From assembly GCA_024276805.1 (NCBI GenBank), contig JAJRWJ010000240.1:1-32678 (forward strand): 32,678 nt of DNA, read 5' to 3'. The notes beneath the pieces were generated by a model. It had not been told where the DNA came from. It did no database searches and saw only the letters and a program-made list of their open reading frames with translations. The position numbers and the translations under genes were made by a program. Source of the DNA: Gammaproteobacteria bacterium. Its GTDB lineage: Bacteria; Pseudomonadota; Gammaproteobacteria; Methylococcales; Methylomonadaceae. Numbering within the stretch: position 1 is the stretch's first letter; every line of letters starts with the position of its first letter. Shown in pieces: positions 1 through 9,073 of this stretch.

Positions 1-708
1 ATCCCCACCCGGCAGACCCGTCTCCGGTAACAGGTGATGCGCCAGGATCAAGATGCCCCACTCTTTCGACTCGGTACCCGTCAGCCCTGGCGGATGATAA
101 TGCAGGCTGCTCAACACCTCCTGATACGAGACCGGCAAACGCAAGGCCCTGCATACGCGCTCGGCCAGGTCGTCATGGCTGAGTCCGTAGGCCTCCATCT
201 CCAGCACATCCAGAGGCAGAGATTCCGCTACCGAACGGGCACGTATGGACTGATAGGAGTCTTCAAAATTTGTCGCCAGCACGATCATACCCACGTCATG
301 AAGCAGCCCCAGCAAGGCCATATCATCCGTCTTGGCGCGGTAGCAGACCTGTGCGATCAGTTTGCTCAGCGTGGCGATGGAAACCAGGTGACTGAGGATA
401 TCCTTCGCCACCGGACTATCCACCGGGAGCGCACTGTTCAGGGTCGACATGACAATGGCGCTACGGACATTCTTCAACCCCAGCAAGCGCACGGCTGTCG
501 GCACATTGGTCACCTCGCCGGCCCGCCGGAACAAGGGGGAATTGGCATAGCGCAACAACTCGCCGGCCTGTACCGGGTCGTTCATCAAGGCCTGTTCGAG
601 GGCATTGAAATCCGGGTCTGCCTCGGCAAGCATTTCCAGAACCCTGGCAGCCTGGGCAGAGGCTTGGGGGATTTCCAACTCATCAACTGCAACAACTTGT
701 TGTGACAC
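1..708 (-). CDS. HDOD-domain signalling protein, partial (3' end lies beyond the left window edge)
   Basis: It is not in the ORF track because it starts with GTG (708..706, with GGGAG 8 nt upstream) and runs off the edge. My translation is VSQQVVAVDELEIPQASAQAARVLEMLAEADPDFNALEQALMNDPVQAGELLRYANSPLFRRAGEVTNVPTAVRLLGLKNVRSAIVMSTLN...LLGLLHDVGMIVL...YGLSHDDLAERVC. This is the typical HDOD layout (DP..A.ELLRYANSP.F, AV.LLG, HDVG). The listed + ORF 34..705 is its antisense shadow. Confidence 0.75.
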   Translation of the reverse strand, partial: MSQQVVAVDELEIPQASAQAARVLEMLAEADPDFNALEQALMNDPVQAGELLRYANSPLFRRAGEVTNVPTAVRLLGLKNVRSAIVMSTLNSALPVDSPVAKDILSHLVSIATLSKLIAQVCYRAKTDDMALLGLLHDVGMIVLATNFEDSYQSIRARSVAESLPLDVLEMEAYGLSHDDLAERVCRALRLPVSYQEVLSSLHYHPPGLTGTESKEWGILILAHHLLPETGLPGGD

Positions 709-1001
709 AGTAACTCCCAATAAACGGGGCGGACAATAAACGGGGCGGAGACAAAAAGGGTGCCTGGCCAACCCGGGCCACCCATCGCTACATGATAGGC
801 CAATTCCACAGAATTCAGAATTATTGAAGGGCAGACAATTCAAATTAGGAATAATGAGTGTCTCCGCTTACCTGTGCCGGCAGGCACAGGAATAAGTCAG
901 CGGCATAGAAATACCCACTTCCTAACGAAGGGCAGACTCGGGAAACATTTGGATATTACAGAAATATGGAGCCAGAAGTGGCGAGACTTCGAGAAAGTGG
1001 C

Positions 1002-1042
1002 AAAAAAAAGTAATTAGCCCTGATCTAGCCAGGGCTAATTAC
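1002..1042 (-). terminator. Terminator-like hairpin: perfect 13-bp stem, and a T8 run when read on the minus strand
   Basis: GTAATTAGCCCTG (1010-1022) pairs perfectly with CAGGGCTAATTAC (1030-1042), leaving a 7-nt loop. It is preceded by A8 (1002-1009), which is T8 after the hairpin on the minus strand, and followed by a C9 run (1042-1050). Confidence 0.4.
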
Positions 1043-1195
1043 CCCCCCCCTCCCTCTATACAGCTTGATCATACCGAAGAGGCCACACAGGTCAAATCAT
1101 AATTTATGAAGAAGAACAAATTATTAATCGAGAAACCGAACATTATTGATGTTTTTTGTACGGTTTGCCTTGACATTCACTGATGACCGAGCACA

Positions 1196-1720
1196 ATGAG
1201 GAGAAACCCGCTTCAGAGTAAGGGGAAGAAACCGTTGAAATCCGGGTTTACCAGCCAGCAAGCCATGTTCGTAAGCGGGCTCTCCAGGCGCCAATTGACC
1301 TATTGGCGCAACACCGGGCTCGTCATACCCGGCCAACGCACCCGCGGTGGCCACTGGCGATACACCTTTCTCGACCTGCTGGCGCTGAAAACGGCCAAAA
1401 AGCTGATCGAGGCGGGAGTCTCAGTACAAAAAATTCGTAAAAGTATCGCCGCGCTTCTCAACTTTCTGCCCACCTGCAAGGCACCACTGCGAGAACTTTC
1501 TCTGGTCACCACCGGTGACATTATTCTGGTGCTCCACGGTGATTCAGCCTTTGAGGCATTGACGGGCCAGGAATGGATATTGCCGGTTGCTGAACTGGAA
1601 CTGGAAATCAGCCGCCTGCATTACCCGGGAAAAGCGGTGCAAGTCGAATTATTTCCCGATCAGGAAATCCGCAACACTGAATTCACACAGGCGGTAATCA
1701 CAAAAGTCATCGCACAGTAG
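1196..1720 (+). CDS. MerR-family helix-turn-helix protein
   Basis: The N-terminal FTSQQAMFVSGLSRRQLTYWRNTGLVIPGQRTRGGHWRYTFLDLLALKTAKKL matches the MerR HTH plus wing pattern (sequence-tlryWe..GLv.P.R...g.R.Y...dl). The start is uncertain: ATG 1196 lacks a good SD. An in-frame TTG (MKSGFTS...) preceded by AAGGGGAAG is an alternative. Confidence 0.7.
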   Translation: MRRNPLQSKGKKPLKSGFTSQQAMFVSGLSRRQLTYWRNTGLVIPGQRTRGGHWRYTFLDLLALKTAKKLIEAGVSVQKIRKSIAALLNFLPTCKAPLRELSLVTTGDIILVLHGDSAFEALTGQEWILPVAELELEISRLHYPGKAVQVELFPDQEIRNTEFTQAVITKVIAQ

Positions 1721-1854
1721 TTGCACAGTTCACAGTTAATAGAAGCACCCTAGATTTAACCTGGATTTAAGAAATCTCTGGTTAATCCGGCGAGACATGG
1801 ACTGCATCGCGAACCAGGCCCAGGCATGGGCGGAATAACAGGCCCGGGGACAGC

Positions 1855-3024
1855 ATGCACATCATTGCCATCGTCAATCAGAAAGGCGGCTGTGGAAAGA
1901 CCACCACCGCCATCAACCTCGCCGCCAGCCTGGGGCATAAGGGTCACCGCACACTGCTGGTGGATGCCGATCCACAAGGCCATGCCTCCCTCGGCCTGGG
2001 CGGACGACGGCAGGACGAGCCGGGACTGTATGAAATATTTGCACTGGATTTTCCCCTTGCAGAAACCATCATCCCGCGCATTTCTCAAGGACTGGATATC
2101 ATTCCCGCAACGATTTCCCTGGCTGCCGTTGAATATCTGCTGGCAAACATGCCGGAGCGCGAACGGCAGTTAAGCACGTATCTGCACTCAGTAGACTCTA
2201 TTTATGACTATGTGGTTATCGATTGCCCCCCTGCACTCGGCCTGCTCTCCATTAATGCGATTCGCGCTGCGCAGCGGGTCATCGTGCCGGTCGACATGAG
2301 TCTGTTCGCCATTGATGGTATCGAGCGACTCAGTGAAACCGTCGATCTGGTAGCAACAAAATATGACCTCAACATTGAGCTGAATATACTGCCCACACTG
2401 GTCGACAGGCGCACTCGCCTGGGTCGCAAGCTGCTGTTAGGCATTTGGGAGCGATACCAGAACAAGGTGCTCCCTGTGATGATTCACCATACCGTGCGAC
2501 TGAAAGAGTCTGTCTGCGCCGGGCAGTCTATCGTGGATTTTGCACCTAACTCCCCCGCCGCAAGTGATTTCCACGATCTTGCCGATGAACTCATCATGCG
2601 CAGCCACACGGCCCCGGACACCACACAAGCCAATATCTCCTGGCTTCTCTCACATGTCGAGTCCACTGACAACAAGCCCGCCAATATAGTCTCGTTGCAT
2701 AAAGAACATCTGGCAACAGAAAACAGTAACGCACAAAAGGTCGTGCTCAGCTTCCAAAATCATCAGCAACGCGACATCAGAATTGCGGGGGAATTCAACG
2801 AGTGGATAGCGGACAAAGACGTCCAGACCGTCACGGAGAATGACATCATTCACAAGGTGTTTTATGTGGAACCGGGAGATTACCAGTATCGCTTGATCGT
2901 GGATGGCAAGTGGCGCAATGATCCCACCAATCCACGCCAGGCACTCAGCGCGCTGGGAATTCACAACTCCCTTCTACATGTCACAGGCAACGGCACACTC
3001 AACCAGTCCATCGGCAATCACTGA
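1855..3024 (+). CDS. ParA/MinD-family deviant-Walker-A ATPase fused to a C-terminal CBM48 (AMPK-beta glycogen-binding-like) domain
   Basis: IAIVNQKGGCGKTTTAINLA is a KGGxGK[ST] deviant Walker A. LLVDADPQGHAS and VVIDCPPALG are ParA motifs. The C-terminal VVLSFQNHQQRDIRIAGEFNEWIADKDVQTVTENDIIHKVFYVEPGDYQYRLIVDGKWRNDPTNP...GIHNSLLHV fits the CBM48/AMPK1_CBM pattern (GSFN.W, pG.Y.Y.f.VDG.W..DP). Confidence 0.85.
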   Translation: MHIIAIVNQKGGCGKTTTAINLAASLGHKGHRTLLVDADPQGHASLGLGGRRQDEPGLYEIFALDFPLAETIIPRISQGLDIIPATISLAAVEYLLANMPERERQLSTYLHSVDSIYDYVVIDCPPALGLLSINAIRAAQRVIVPVDMSLFAIDGIERLSETVDLVATKYDLNIELNILPTLVDRRTRLGRKLLLGIWERYQNKVLPVMIHHTVRLKESVCAGQSIVDFAPNSPAASDFHDLADELIMRSHTAPDTTQANISWLLSHVESTDNKPANIVSLHKEHLATENSNAQKVVLSFQNHQQRDIRIAGEFNEWIADKDVQTVTENDIIHKVFYVEPGDYQYRLIVDGKWRNDPTNPRQALSALGIHNSLLHVTGNGTLNQSIGNH

Positions 3025-3063
3025 TCACACCATCCTGAACACAAGAAAACATACCAACCTGCC

Positions 3064-3792
3064 ATGCCACACGCTGCACCTGACGATGTATTTTCCTCCC
3101 TGACCTCCCGCCAGCGGCTGGCGGATATCAGCCACCATTTCTTGAGTGATAAGGGAGAGCAGTCTGCCCCGTGGCAGAAAACCTGCCTCATCCCCCTGCT
3201 CCTTGTCTGTCGTGAAGATGATTTTGTTGTCTATCTGTTGAAAACCGCATTACAGCAACATCATCGGAATTGCGTGGTGCTGAATATAGAAAATCAACCC
3301 GACCCACTCTCAATATCAAAGTCAATGGCGGGAGAAAAAGATGGCGCCCCGGATATCTGCCTGCTACCGCTGACATCACCCGGATCGACCCTGGCGATTC
3401 CGCACAACAAACTGCTCATGGCAGTCCCGACGTCACTGCCGGGGATACGGCTGGCCTATCATCATCTGGCCCAGTTGGCGGAACAGGGAAGCCGCCTCAC
3501 GGTAAGCATCATCATGCTCGACGCACGCAGTGAGAAACACGGCGAGCGTTATTTTTCCTTTCTCAGCGACAGCGCCAAGTCGCTGCTATCATTGGAGGTC
3601 AAATCAGCAGGTGTACTGTACCGCCGGCAGACGAGCAGCGATGAAACCTATGGCGGCACGGATAAAATCATCAGAAACATTCTAATGGATGAGGGGAAAC
3701 ATGCTTCACCGGCATTTTCACCCAAGCCAAATGCCTCTACAGGCAACACTCAGCACCTTCGTCTGATGCCAGCCGCTACACCGGCGGAATAG
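3064..3792 (+). CDS. Hypothetical protein; possibly a Walker-A-less ParA/MinD-like fold
   Basis: A 242-aa ORF lies directly downstream of the ParA-like gene on the same strand. The alternating hydrophobic-strand pattern (CLIPLLLVCREDDFVVYLL..., VVLNIEN, DICLLPLTS, LLMAVPTSLPGIRLAYHHLAQL, VSIIMLDA) resembles a MinD/ParA core without a P-loop. The fold call is weak. The 3' end overlaps the convergent gene by 17 nt. Confidence 0.5.
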   Translation: MPHAAPDDVFSSLTSRQRLADISHHFLSDKGEQSAPWQKTCLIPLLLVCREDDFVVYLLKTALQQHHRNCVVLNIENQPDPLSISKSMAGEKDGAPDICLLPLTSPGSTLAIPHNKLLMAVPTSLPGIRLAYHHLAQLAEQGSRLTVSIIMLDARSEKHGERYFSFLSDSAKSLLSLEVKSAGVLYRRQTSSDETYGGTDKIIRNILMDEGKHASPAFSPKPNASTGNTQHLRLMPAATPAE

Positions 3793-5485
3793 GTACTACG
3801 GCCATTGGCCTGGCAATGCCATAACCCTGTGCCAGATCCACACCGATGTCCTGCAATGTACTGAGCACCGCGTCATTTTCAACAAATTCCGCGATGGTAC
3901 GCAGGCCCGCAACGTGGCCGATTTCATTGACGGCCTGCACGATGGCATAATTCATTGGATCACTGGTGATATCACGCACAAAACCACCATCAATTTTCAG
4001 ATAATCCACAGGCATCGCCTTCAGGTATGAGAACGAACTCAGGCCAGAACCAAAGTCGTCTAACGCGAATTGGCAACCTAGACTGCGTATACCATGGATA
4101 AAATCCACAGCCAGGTGCAAATTTGAGATGGCCGCAGTCTCTGTGACTTCGAAACACAACAACTCTGGCGGCAGTTCATTAACTTTCAGTTGCTCGCCGA
4201 TGTACGAAAAAAAGGCTGCGTCATTGAGAGATGCGCCAGAGAGGTTGACAAAAAAGGTGCCTAGTTTATCTGTATCCGGTGTTTGCCGATAAAGGCCTGC
4301 AAGATATTCAATCACCGATTTCACCACCCAGCGATCCAGCAGGGTCATGATGCCATAGCGCTCCGCCGCAGGGATGAAGGCGCCGGGCAAAATAATCTTG
4401 CCGTCATCATCCACCATGCGCAGCAGGAACTCACTGTGCGGATGCAAGCAGGTATCCGTATCCAGTGCCTGCATGTGCTGGAGGTAAAGTACGAAACGTT
4501 CGTCTTCCAGAGCCTGCTTGATGCGTGATACCCAGCGCATTTCGTTATGCCGCCGCAACAACTCGGAATCGTCATCAAGATAAACATGGACGCGGTTACG
4601 CCCCAGATCCTTGGCGGTATAACAGGCCATATCCGCTGCACTAAGCACCTCATTTACGCCCCGGGCATCCGAGGTGATGGGCGTCATGCCGATACTGACG
4701 CCAACACTGAAGGTTTTGTCCTGCCAGACAAAGCGAAAATTGGCGACCACCTCACGGATTCCCTCGGCAATCTGGTGGGCCTGCTCCAGCGGACAACTTT
4801 CCAGCAGCAGACCAAATTCATCACCCCCCAGACGGGCCAGAGTATCGTTGGAACGCACCTTATCACGCAACACCACCGCCAGCTGACTGAGCAGCTGGTC
4901 GCCGGCCTGATGGCCGCAGGTATCATTGATCACCTTGAACTGGTCAAGATCGAGGTACAGCAGAACATGCTCCAGCTCCCCCTCCTTGGCGCTGCGTAGG
5001 GATTCCTTGAGCCGGCGATCGAATTCGTGCCGGTTCACCAGCCCGGTCAGGTGGTCATGGAAGGCAAGGTGATGAATGGTCGCTTCGGCCAGACGGTGGG
5101 AGCGCCGCAGTTCGGCTTCACGCAGCTCACGCTCGATGGCGGGCACCAGGCGCGTCAGATTGTCCTTCATGATGTAGTCGTGGGCGCCCATTTTCATGGC
5201 GGCCACGGCAATGTCTTCACCAATACTGCCGGAAACGATGATCACAGGAAGATCCAGGCCAGAGTTCTTGACGATGGCCAAGGCGGCCTCAGAACTGAAA
5301 CCGGGCAGGTTATGATCAGTTACGACCACATCCCAGGTGTGGTCCTGCAGGGCTGTTTGCAGGCGCTCGGCAGTCTGTACGCGAAGGGAAAGGGGGTCAT
5401 AGCCGGAACGACGCAGTTCCCTGTCAAGCAGCAAGGCGTCATCCTCCGAGTCCTCTACAACAAGAACCCGTAACGGATTTCCCAT
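3776..5485 (-). CDS. Response-regulator receiver (REC)-GGDEF-EAL c-di-GMP turnover protein
   Basis: REC: LVVEDSEDDA...DVVVTDHNLPG...GAHDYIMK. GGDEF: RSND (RxxD I-site) followed by ARLGGDEFGLLL. EAL domain: EFLLR (an EAL variant), FEVTE, LDDFGSG, YLKID, QGY. Confidence 0.9.
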   Translation of the reverse strand: MGNPLRVLVVEDSEDDALLLDRELRRSGYDPLSLRVQTAERLQTALQDHTWDVVVTDHNLPGFSSEAALAIVKNSGLDLPVIIVSGSIGEDIAVAAMKMGAHDYIMKDNLTRLVPAIERELREAELRRSHRLAEATIHHLAFHDHLTGLVNRHEFDRRLKESLRSAKEGELEHVLLYLDLDQFKVINDTCGHQAGDQLLSQLAVVLRDKVRSNDTLARLGGDEFGLLLESCPLEQAHQIAEGIREVVANFRFVWQDKTFSVGVSIGMTPITSDARGVNEVLSAADMACYTAKDLGRNRVHVYLDDDSELLRRHNEMRWVSRIKQALEDERFVLYLQHMQALDTDTCLHPHSEFLLRMVDDDGKIILPGAFIPAAERYGIMTLLDRWVVKSVIEYLAGLYRQTPDTDKLGTFFVNLSGASLNDAAFFSYIGEQLKVNELPPELLCFEVTETAAISNLHLAVDFIHGIRSLGCQFALDDFGSGLSSFSYLKAMPVDYLKIDGGFVRDITSDPMNYAIVQAVNEIGHVAGLRTIAEFVENDAVLSTLQDIGVDLAQGYGIARPMAVVPIPPV

Positions 5486-5489
5486 TTGG

Positions 5490-5936
5490 CTAACTCCTGA
5501 TTTTTACCGGTGATTCGTTCAAGACGAGCCAGTACAAGCCCAACTGTTTTACCGCTTCAATGAACTGATTGAAGTCCACCGGTTTACGAATATAACTGTT
5601 GGCCCCACTCTCGTAGCTGCTGGTAATGTCCTTTTCCTCGCTGGAGGTAGTCAGTATCACGACCGGCTGAAGTGCCGTACGCTTGTCGGCACGCAGACGC
5701 TTCAGCACCTCAATACCGTTAATCTTGGGTAACTGAAGATCCAGCAGGATCACCTGAGGCTGAACGCTGACATCGCGTCCTTCATATTTGCCGGTGCCGA
5801 ACAGGTAATCCAGGGCTTCTTCGCCGTCACGTGCGACGACAACTTCATTCAAGATATTATTCTTTTTCAGGGCACGCAGGGTCAGCGCCTCATCGTCTGG
5901 ATTATCTTCTACCAGCAGAATCACCTTGTCTGACAT
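5490..5936 (-). CDS. Stand-alone CheY-like response-regulator receiver
   Basis: MSDKVILLVEDNPDDEALTLRALKK...VILLDLQLPKINGIEVLKRLR...PVVILTTSSEE...GANSYIRKP. I prefer the ATG at 5936 (AAGGA/GGAGG upstream) over the track start at 6002. It ends 4 nt upstream of the start of the REC-GGDEF-EAL gene, so they probably form an operon. Confidence 0.85.
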   Translation of the reverse strand: MSDKVILLVEDNPDDEALTLRALKKNNILNEVVVARDGEEALDYLFGTGKYEGRDVSVQPQVILLDLQLPKINGIEVLKRLRADKRTALQPVVILTTSSEEKDITSSYESGANSYIRKPVDFNQFIEAVKQLGLYWLVLNESPVKIRS

Positions 5937-6291
5937 CGCGTAATCCTTCACAACCCCTCCTTTAACCCTAGTATAGCAGTTGGGATATGCCAGTTTTCCC
6001 ATACACCCCTGAATCTACCACAGAGCCCGCCTGATTCAATGGCGGAATCGACCATTTCGGCATTAATTCAGGCCGGAAGGGTAAAAAACACGCTCGCGCC
6101 CACGCCGGGTTTGACGTTAAACCATACGCAACCGTAACTGGCTGATTTCCTCGCGGTTAAAGGCTGCATAATGCGCCAGGCCACCTGTCCGGCCTCACTT
6201 CACAGAGAAATATAGAAATAGAGTATATATGTAGACATCATAACCGGTTTCTCATCACCATGGAGCAACACCGTAGTATTTTACTACAGTT

Positions 6292-8382
6292 TCACAGGCC
6301 CTCCCGAGCAGGGTGGTTAGCCCGCGCTTGCAGACACTGCAACAGATCCGCCAGCGGCATGGGCCGGCCAAAGTAATAGCCCTGCACCCAGTCACAGCCG
6401 TGTTCACGCAGAAAATCCTTCTGCGCCGCAGTCTCCACACCTTCGGCAATCACCCGCAAGTTCAAGCGGTGCGCCATGGCGATAATGGTGTCAATAATGG
6501 CCGCATCGTCATCATCCTCCGGTACATCGGCGACGAAGGAACGGTCAATCTTCAATACATCCAGTGGGAAACGCTTCAGATAGCTGAGCGACGAGTAGCC
6601 AGTACCAAAGTCATCGATGGCAATGCGGATACCCCGTTCATGGCAGGCCTGCAAGGTCTGCATCGCAAACTCCGGGTCATCCATGACGCTGCTCTCGGTG
6701 ATTTCCAGTTCCAACAGGCGCGGATCCGTACCGCTTTCCTCCAGCACCTTATCGATCATCTGCACCAGATCCCGGTTGCGGAACTGGCGCGGCGACAGGT
6801 TGACCGCAACCGGCACCGGTCTGCCGCCCTCTGACAGCCACGTCTGCAGATCCCGACAAGCACGCCTTAAAACCCATTCACCCACAGGGATAATCAATCC
6901 GGTATCCTCCAGAAGGGGGATAAACCGGCCGGGCATCACCATGCCCTCATCGCATCGATCCCAACGCAGCAAGGCCTCGACGCCAATGATCTCTCCCGTC
7001 GACACATCCACCTGGGGTTGATAGTGCAAGCGGAACTCATCACGTTCCAGCGCCCGCCGCAGGGCACTTTCCATGTTCAGACGCTCATCGGCATCGGTAT
7101 TCATGCCGCTGTGGTAGAACTGATAGCTCTCCCCCAGCCGCTTTGCATATTGCAGGGCTGTCTCGGCATAGCAGGCCAGCTCGTCGTAGCTACTGGCGTC
7201 GTCCGGGTACATGACCGCCCCCATGCTGGGCACGAGGAATATCTCCCTTTTTGCAATGCAGAAAGGCTCGGCGAAGACATCGACAATCTTCTCCAGGAAG
7301 TCTTCCACCTCGACACGCGTCATCAGTGCCGGCACGGCAATGGCAAAATCGTCCCCACCCAGGCGTGCCACGAAATCCATGGGGCGAATATTCTTGGACA
7401 GTCTCTGCCCCACTTGCACCAGTAACTGATCACCCACGGCATGCCCCAGGGTATCGTTAACCTTGATAAAACGATCGAGATCCAGGTGGATGAAGGCCGT
7501 ATGGTCGTTGGAGCGCCGGGTCCGCAGCATGCATTGCTGAAAACGGTCACGGAACAGCGTGCGATTGGGAAGGCCGGTCAGCGCATCGTAATACATCAGA
7601 TGCTGGATATGCTCCTCAGCCTGCTTTTGCTGGCTCAGGTCGGTGAAACCACCAATGTAATGCGTCACTTGGCCCGACTCATCACTGACCGCACTAATGG
7701 TCAGCCACTCGGGGTAAATCTCACCATTCTTGCGCCGGTTCCAGATCTCACCCTGCCAGGAACCCGTTTTGATCAATGATGCCCACAGATGGCGGAAAAA
7801 GTCCTCGTCGTGACGCCCGGACTGCAGCATGCGGGGTCTCTGCCCGATAACCTCGGCCTCGCCATAACCGGTGATATCCAGGAAGGCCTGATTGATGCGA
7901 AGGATGCGGCCGTTCTTGTCCGTAATCAGGATACCTTCGACACTACCCTCGAAGACCTTGGCGGCCAGCCGCAAATCCGCCTCCGCCACGCGACGCGCAC
8001 GACGCTCACCGGCCTCGCGCAGCTCACGCTCAATGGCCGGCGCAAGACGCGCCAGATTGTCTTTCATGATGTAGTCATGAGCCCCGGCGCGCATCAGCTC
8101 AACGGCGATTTCTTCACCAATCGCACCGGAAACGATGACAAAGGGGATATCCAGCCCCGTTGCCTGCAGCAACTTCAGCGCCGCAGCACCACTAAAGCTG
8201 GGCATGTGATAGTCGGAAATTACCACGTCCCAGCTTTGTGCATCCAGCGCAGCCTGCATGAGCTCGGCACTGTCGACCCGCTCACAATGAGGTTCGAACC
8301 CTGCCTGCAATAGCTGGCGCTGAGTCAGGATTGCATCATCCTCGGAATCTTCCACCAGCAGCACGTTTAGCGGCTCAGTCAC
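6292..8382 (-). CDS. REC-PAS-GGDEF-EAL c-di-GMP turnover protein
   Basis: The REC domain is paralogous to that of 3776..5485. PAS: ILITDKNGRILRINQAFLDITGYGEAEVIGQRPRMLQSG...WQGEIWNRRKNGEIYPEWLTIS. GGDEF domain with RPMD (RxxD) plus ARLGGDDFAIAV, a GGDDF variant. EAL: EALLRW, LEITES, IDDFGTGYSS, LKIDRSF, QGY. Confidence 0.9.
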   Translation of the reverse strand: MTEPLNVLLVEDSEDDAILTQRQLLQAGFEPHCERVDSAELMQAALDAQSWDVVISDYHMPSFSGAAALKLLQATGLDIPFVIVSGAIGEEIAVELMRAGAHDYIMKDNLARLAPAIERELREAGERRARRVAEADLRLAAKVFEGSVEGILITDKNGRILRINQAFLDITGYGEAEVIGQRPRMLQSGRHDEDFFRHLWASLIKTGSWQGEIWNRRKNGEIYPEWLTISAVSDESGQVTHYIGGFTDLSQQKQAEEHIQHLMYYDALTGLPNRTLFRDRFQQCMLRTRRSNDHTAFIHLDLDRFIKVNDTLGHAVGDQLLVQVGQRLSKNIRPMDFVARLGGDDFAIAVPALMTRVEVEDFLEKIVDVFAEPFCIAKREIFLVPSMGAVMYPDDASSYDELACYAETALQYAKRLGESYQFYHSGMNTDADERLNMESALRRALERDEFRLHYQPQVDVSTGEIIGVEALLRWDRCDEGMVMPGRFIPLLEDTGLIIPVGEWVLRRACRDLQTWLSEGGRPVPVAVNLSPRQFRNRDLVQMIDKVLEESGTDPRLLELEITESSVMDDPEFAMQTLQACHERGIRIAIDDFGTGYSSLSYLKRFPLDVLKIDRSFVADVPEDDDDAAIIDTIIAMAHRLNLRVIAEGVETAAQKDFLREHGCDWVQGYYFGRPMPLADLLQCLQARANHPAREGL

Positions 8383-8661
8383 CCCTTGAAGCCCTCACAT
8401 TTATTCTCTTGTATTGACCCGTGTGGCGAACGATACCCTCATCCATGAGGCCCATTGATACACCCTGCCCGCAAAAAGACACTTACCGGAAAACCATCGG
8501 CTTAACCGCATGATTCTTTAGGGGGCATCTATTCATTCTGGACGTTTCAGATTGATCGCCAGACCCGCCCCATCCAGGCAGTGACAAACTGGCGCCCAAA
8601 AGCCTGCACGCCAGCCCCCGTCTTTGCTATTCTTGGCCGTTTGATCGCAGACGCAGCCACA

Positions 8662-8979
8662 ATGATTGTTCTTCGCAGCACCGTCCTGTTCCTACTCTCC
8701 CTCTCACTTGCCTGTGCGACGGAAGTCGATACCCCCCAGACGGAGCAGGCGCTCCGTCAGTTGCTCGAAGACATCGATAAACAGGAGCAGGGTAACGACA
8801 GACAGCGGGCGGCCCTGCAACGCATTGAACAACAGATGGAGTGCAACTGGGCCCTGATCCGCAGCTATGAGATATGCACCCGGCTGTATCAGGATGAGCC
8901 GCAGAACCACTTGGTCTGCGTTAACAAGGCGAAGACAAACACCACACGTTGTCTCATCAACACAACCGACCAGCCCTAA
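8662..8979 (+). CDS. Small secreted (possibly lipo-)protein, hypothetical
   Basis: The internal ATG gives MIVLRSTVLFLLSLSLACATEV..., a signal-peptide-like N-terminus. The mature part is coiled-coil-like and carries 4 Cys. The track start at 8581 is a GTG with a non-signal N-terminal extension, so the start is uncertain. Confidence 0.5.
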   Translation: MIVLRSTVLFLLSLSLACATEVDTPQTEQALRQLLEDIDKQEQGNDRQRAALQRIEQQMECNWALIRSYEICTRLYQDEPQNHLVCVNKAKTNTTRCLINTTDQP

Positions 8980-9073
8980 AGAAAGTATTACCGCGCCGCC
9001 CACGCTGGCATTGCTGGCAAAGAAAAAGGGGGCTGAAAGCCCCCTTCATCCAGATCAGGATTCCCACAGAATA

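Noticed and set aside
34-705. 223-aa + strand ORF at the left edge
   Set aside because: Its composition is R/Q/H/G-rich and low-complexity, and it carries no motif. The opposite strand encodes a clean HDOD domain in the same interval, so this ORF is an antisense shadow.
871-890. Hairpin CCTGTGCC-GGCA-GGCACAGG upstream of the HDOD gene
   Set aside because: The 8-bp stem is perfect, but there is no flanking T-run on either strand and no second copy. This is insufficient to call a terminator or an operator.
3776-3792. 17-nt convergent overlap between the 242-aa ORF and the REC-GGDEF-EAL gene
   Set aside because: Short convergent overlaps occur naturally. Here it probably reflects the low-complexity C-terminal tail of the 242-aa ORF, so it was not treated as a signal.
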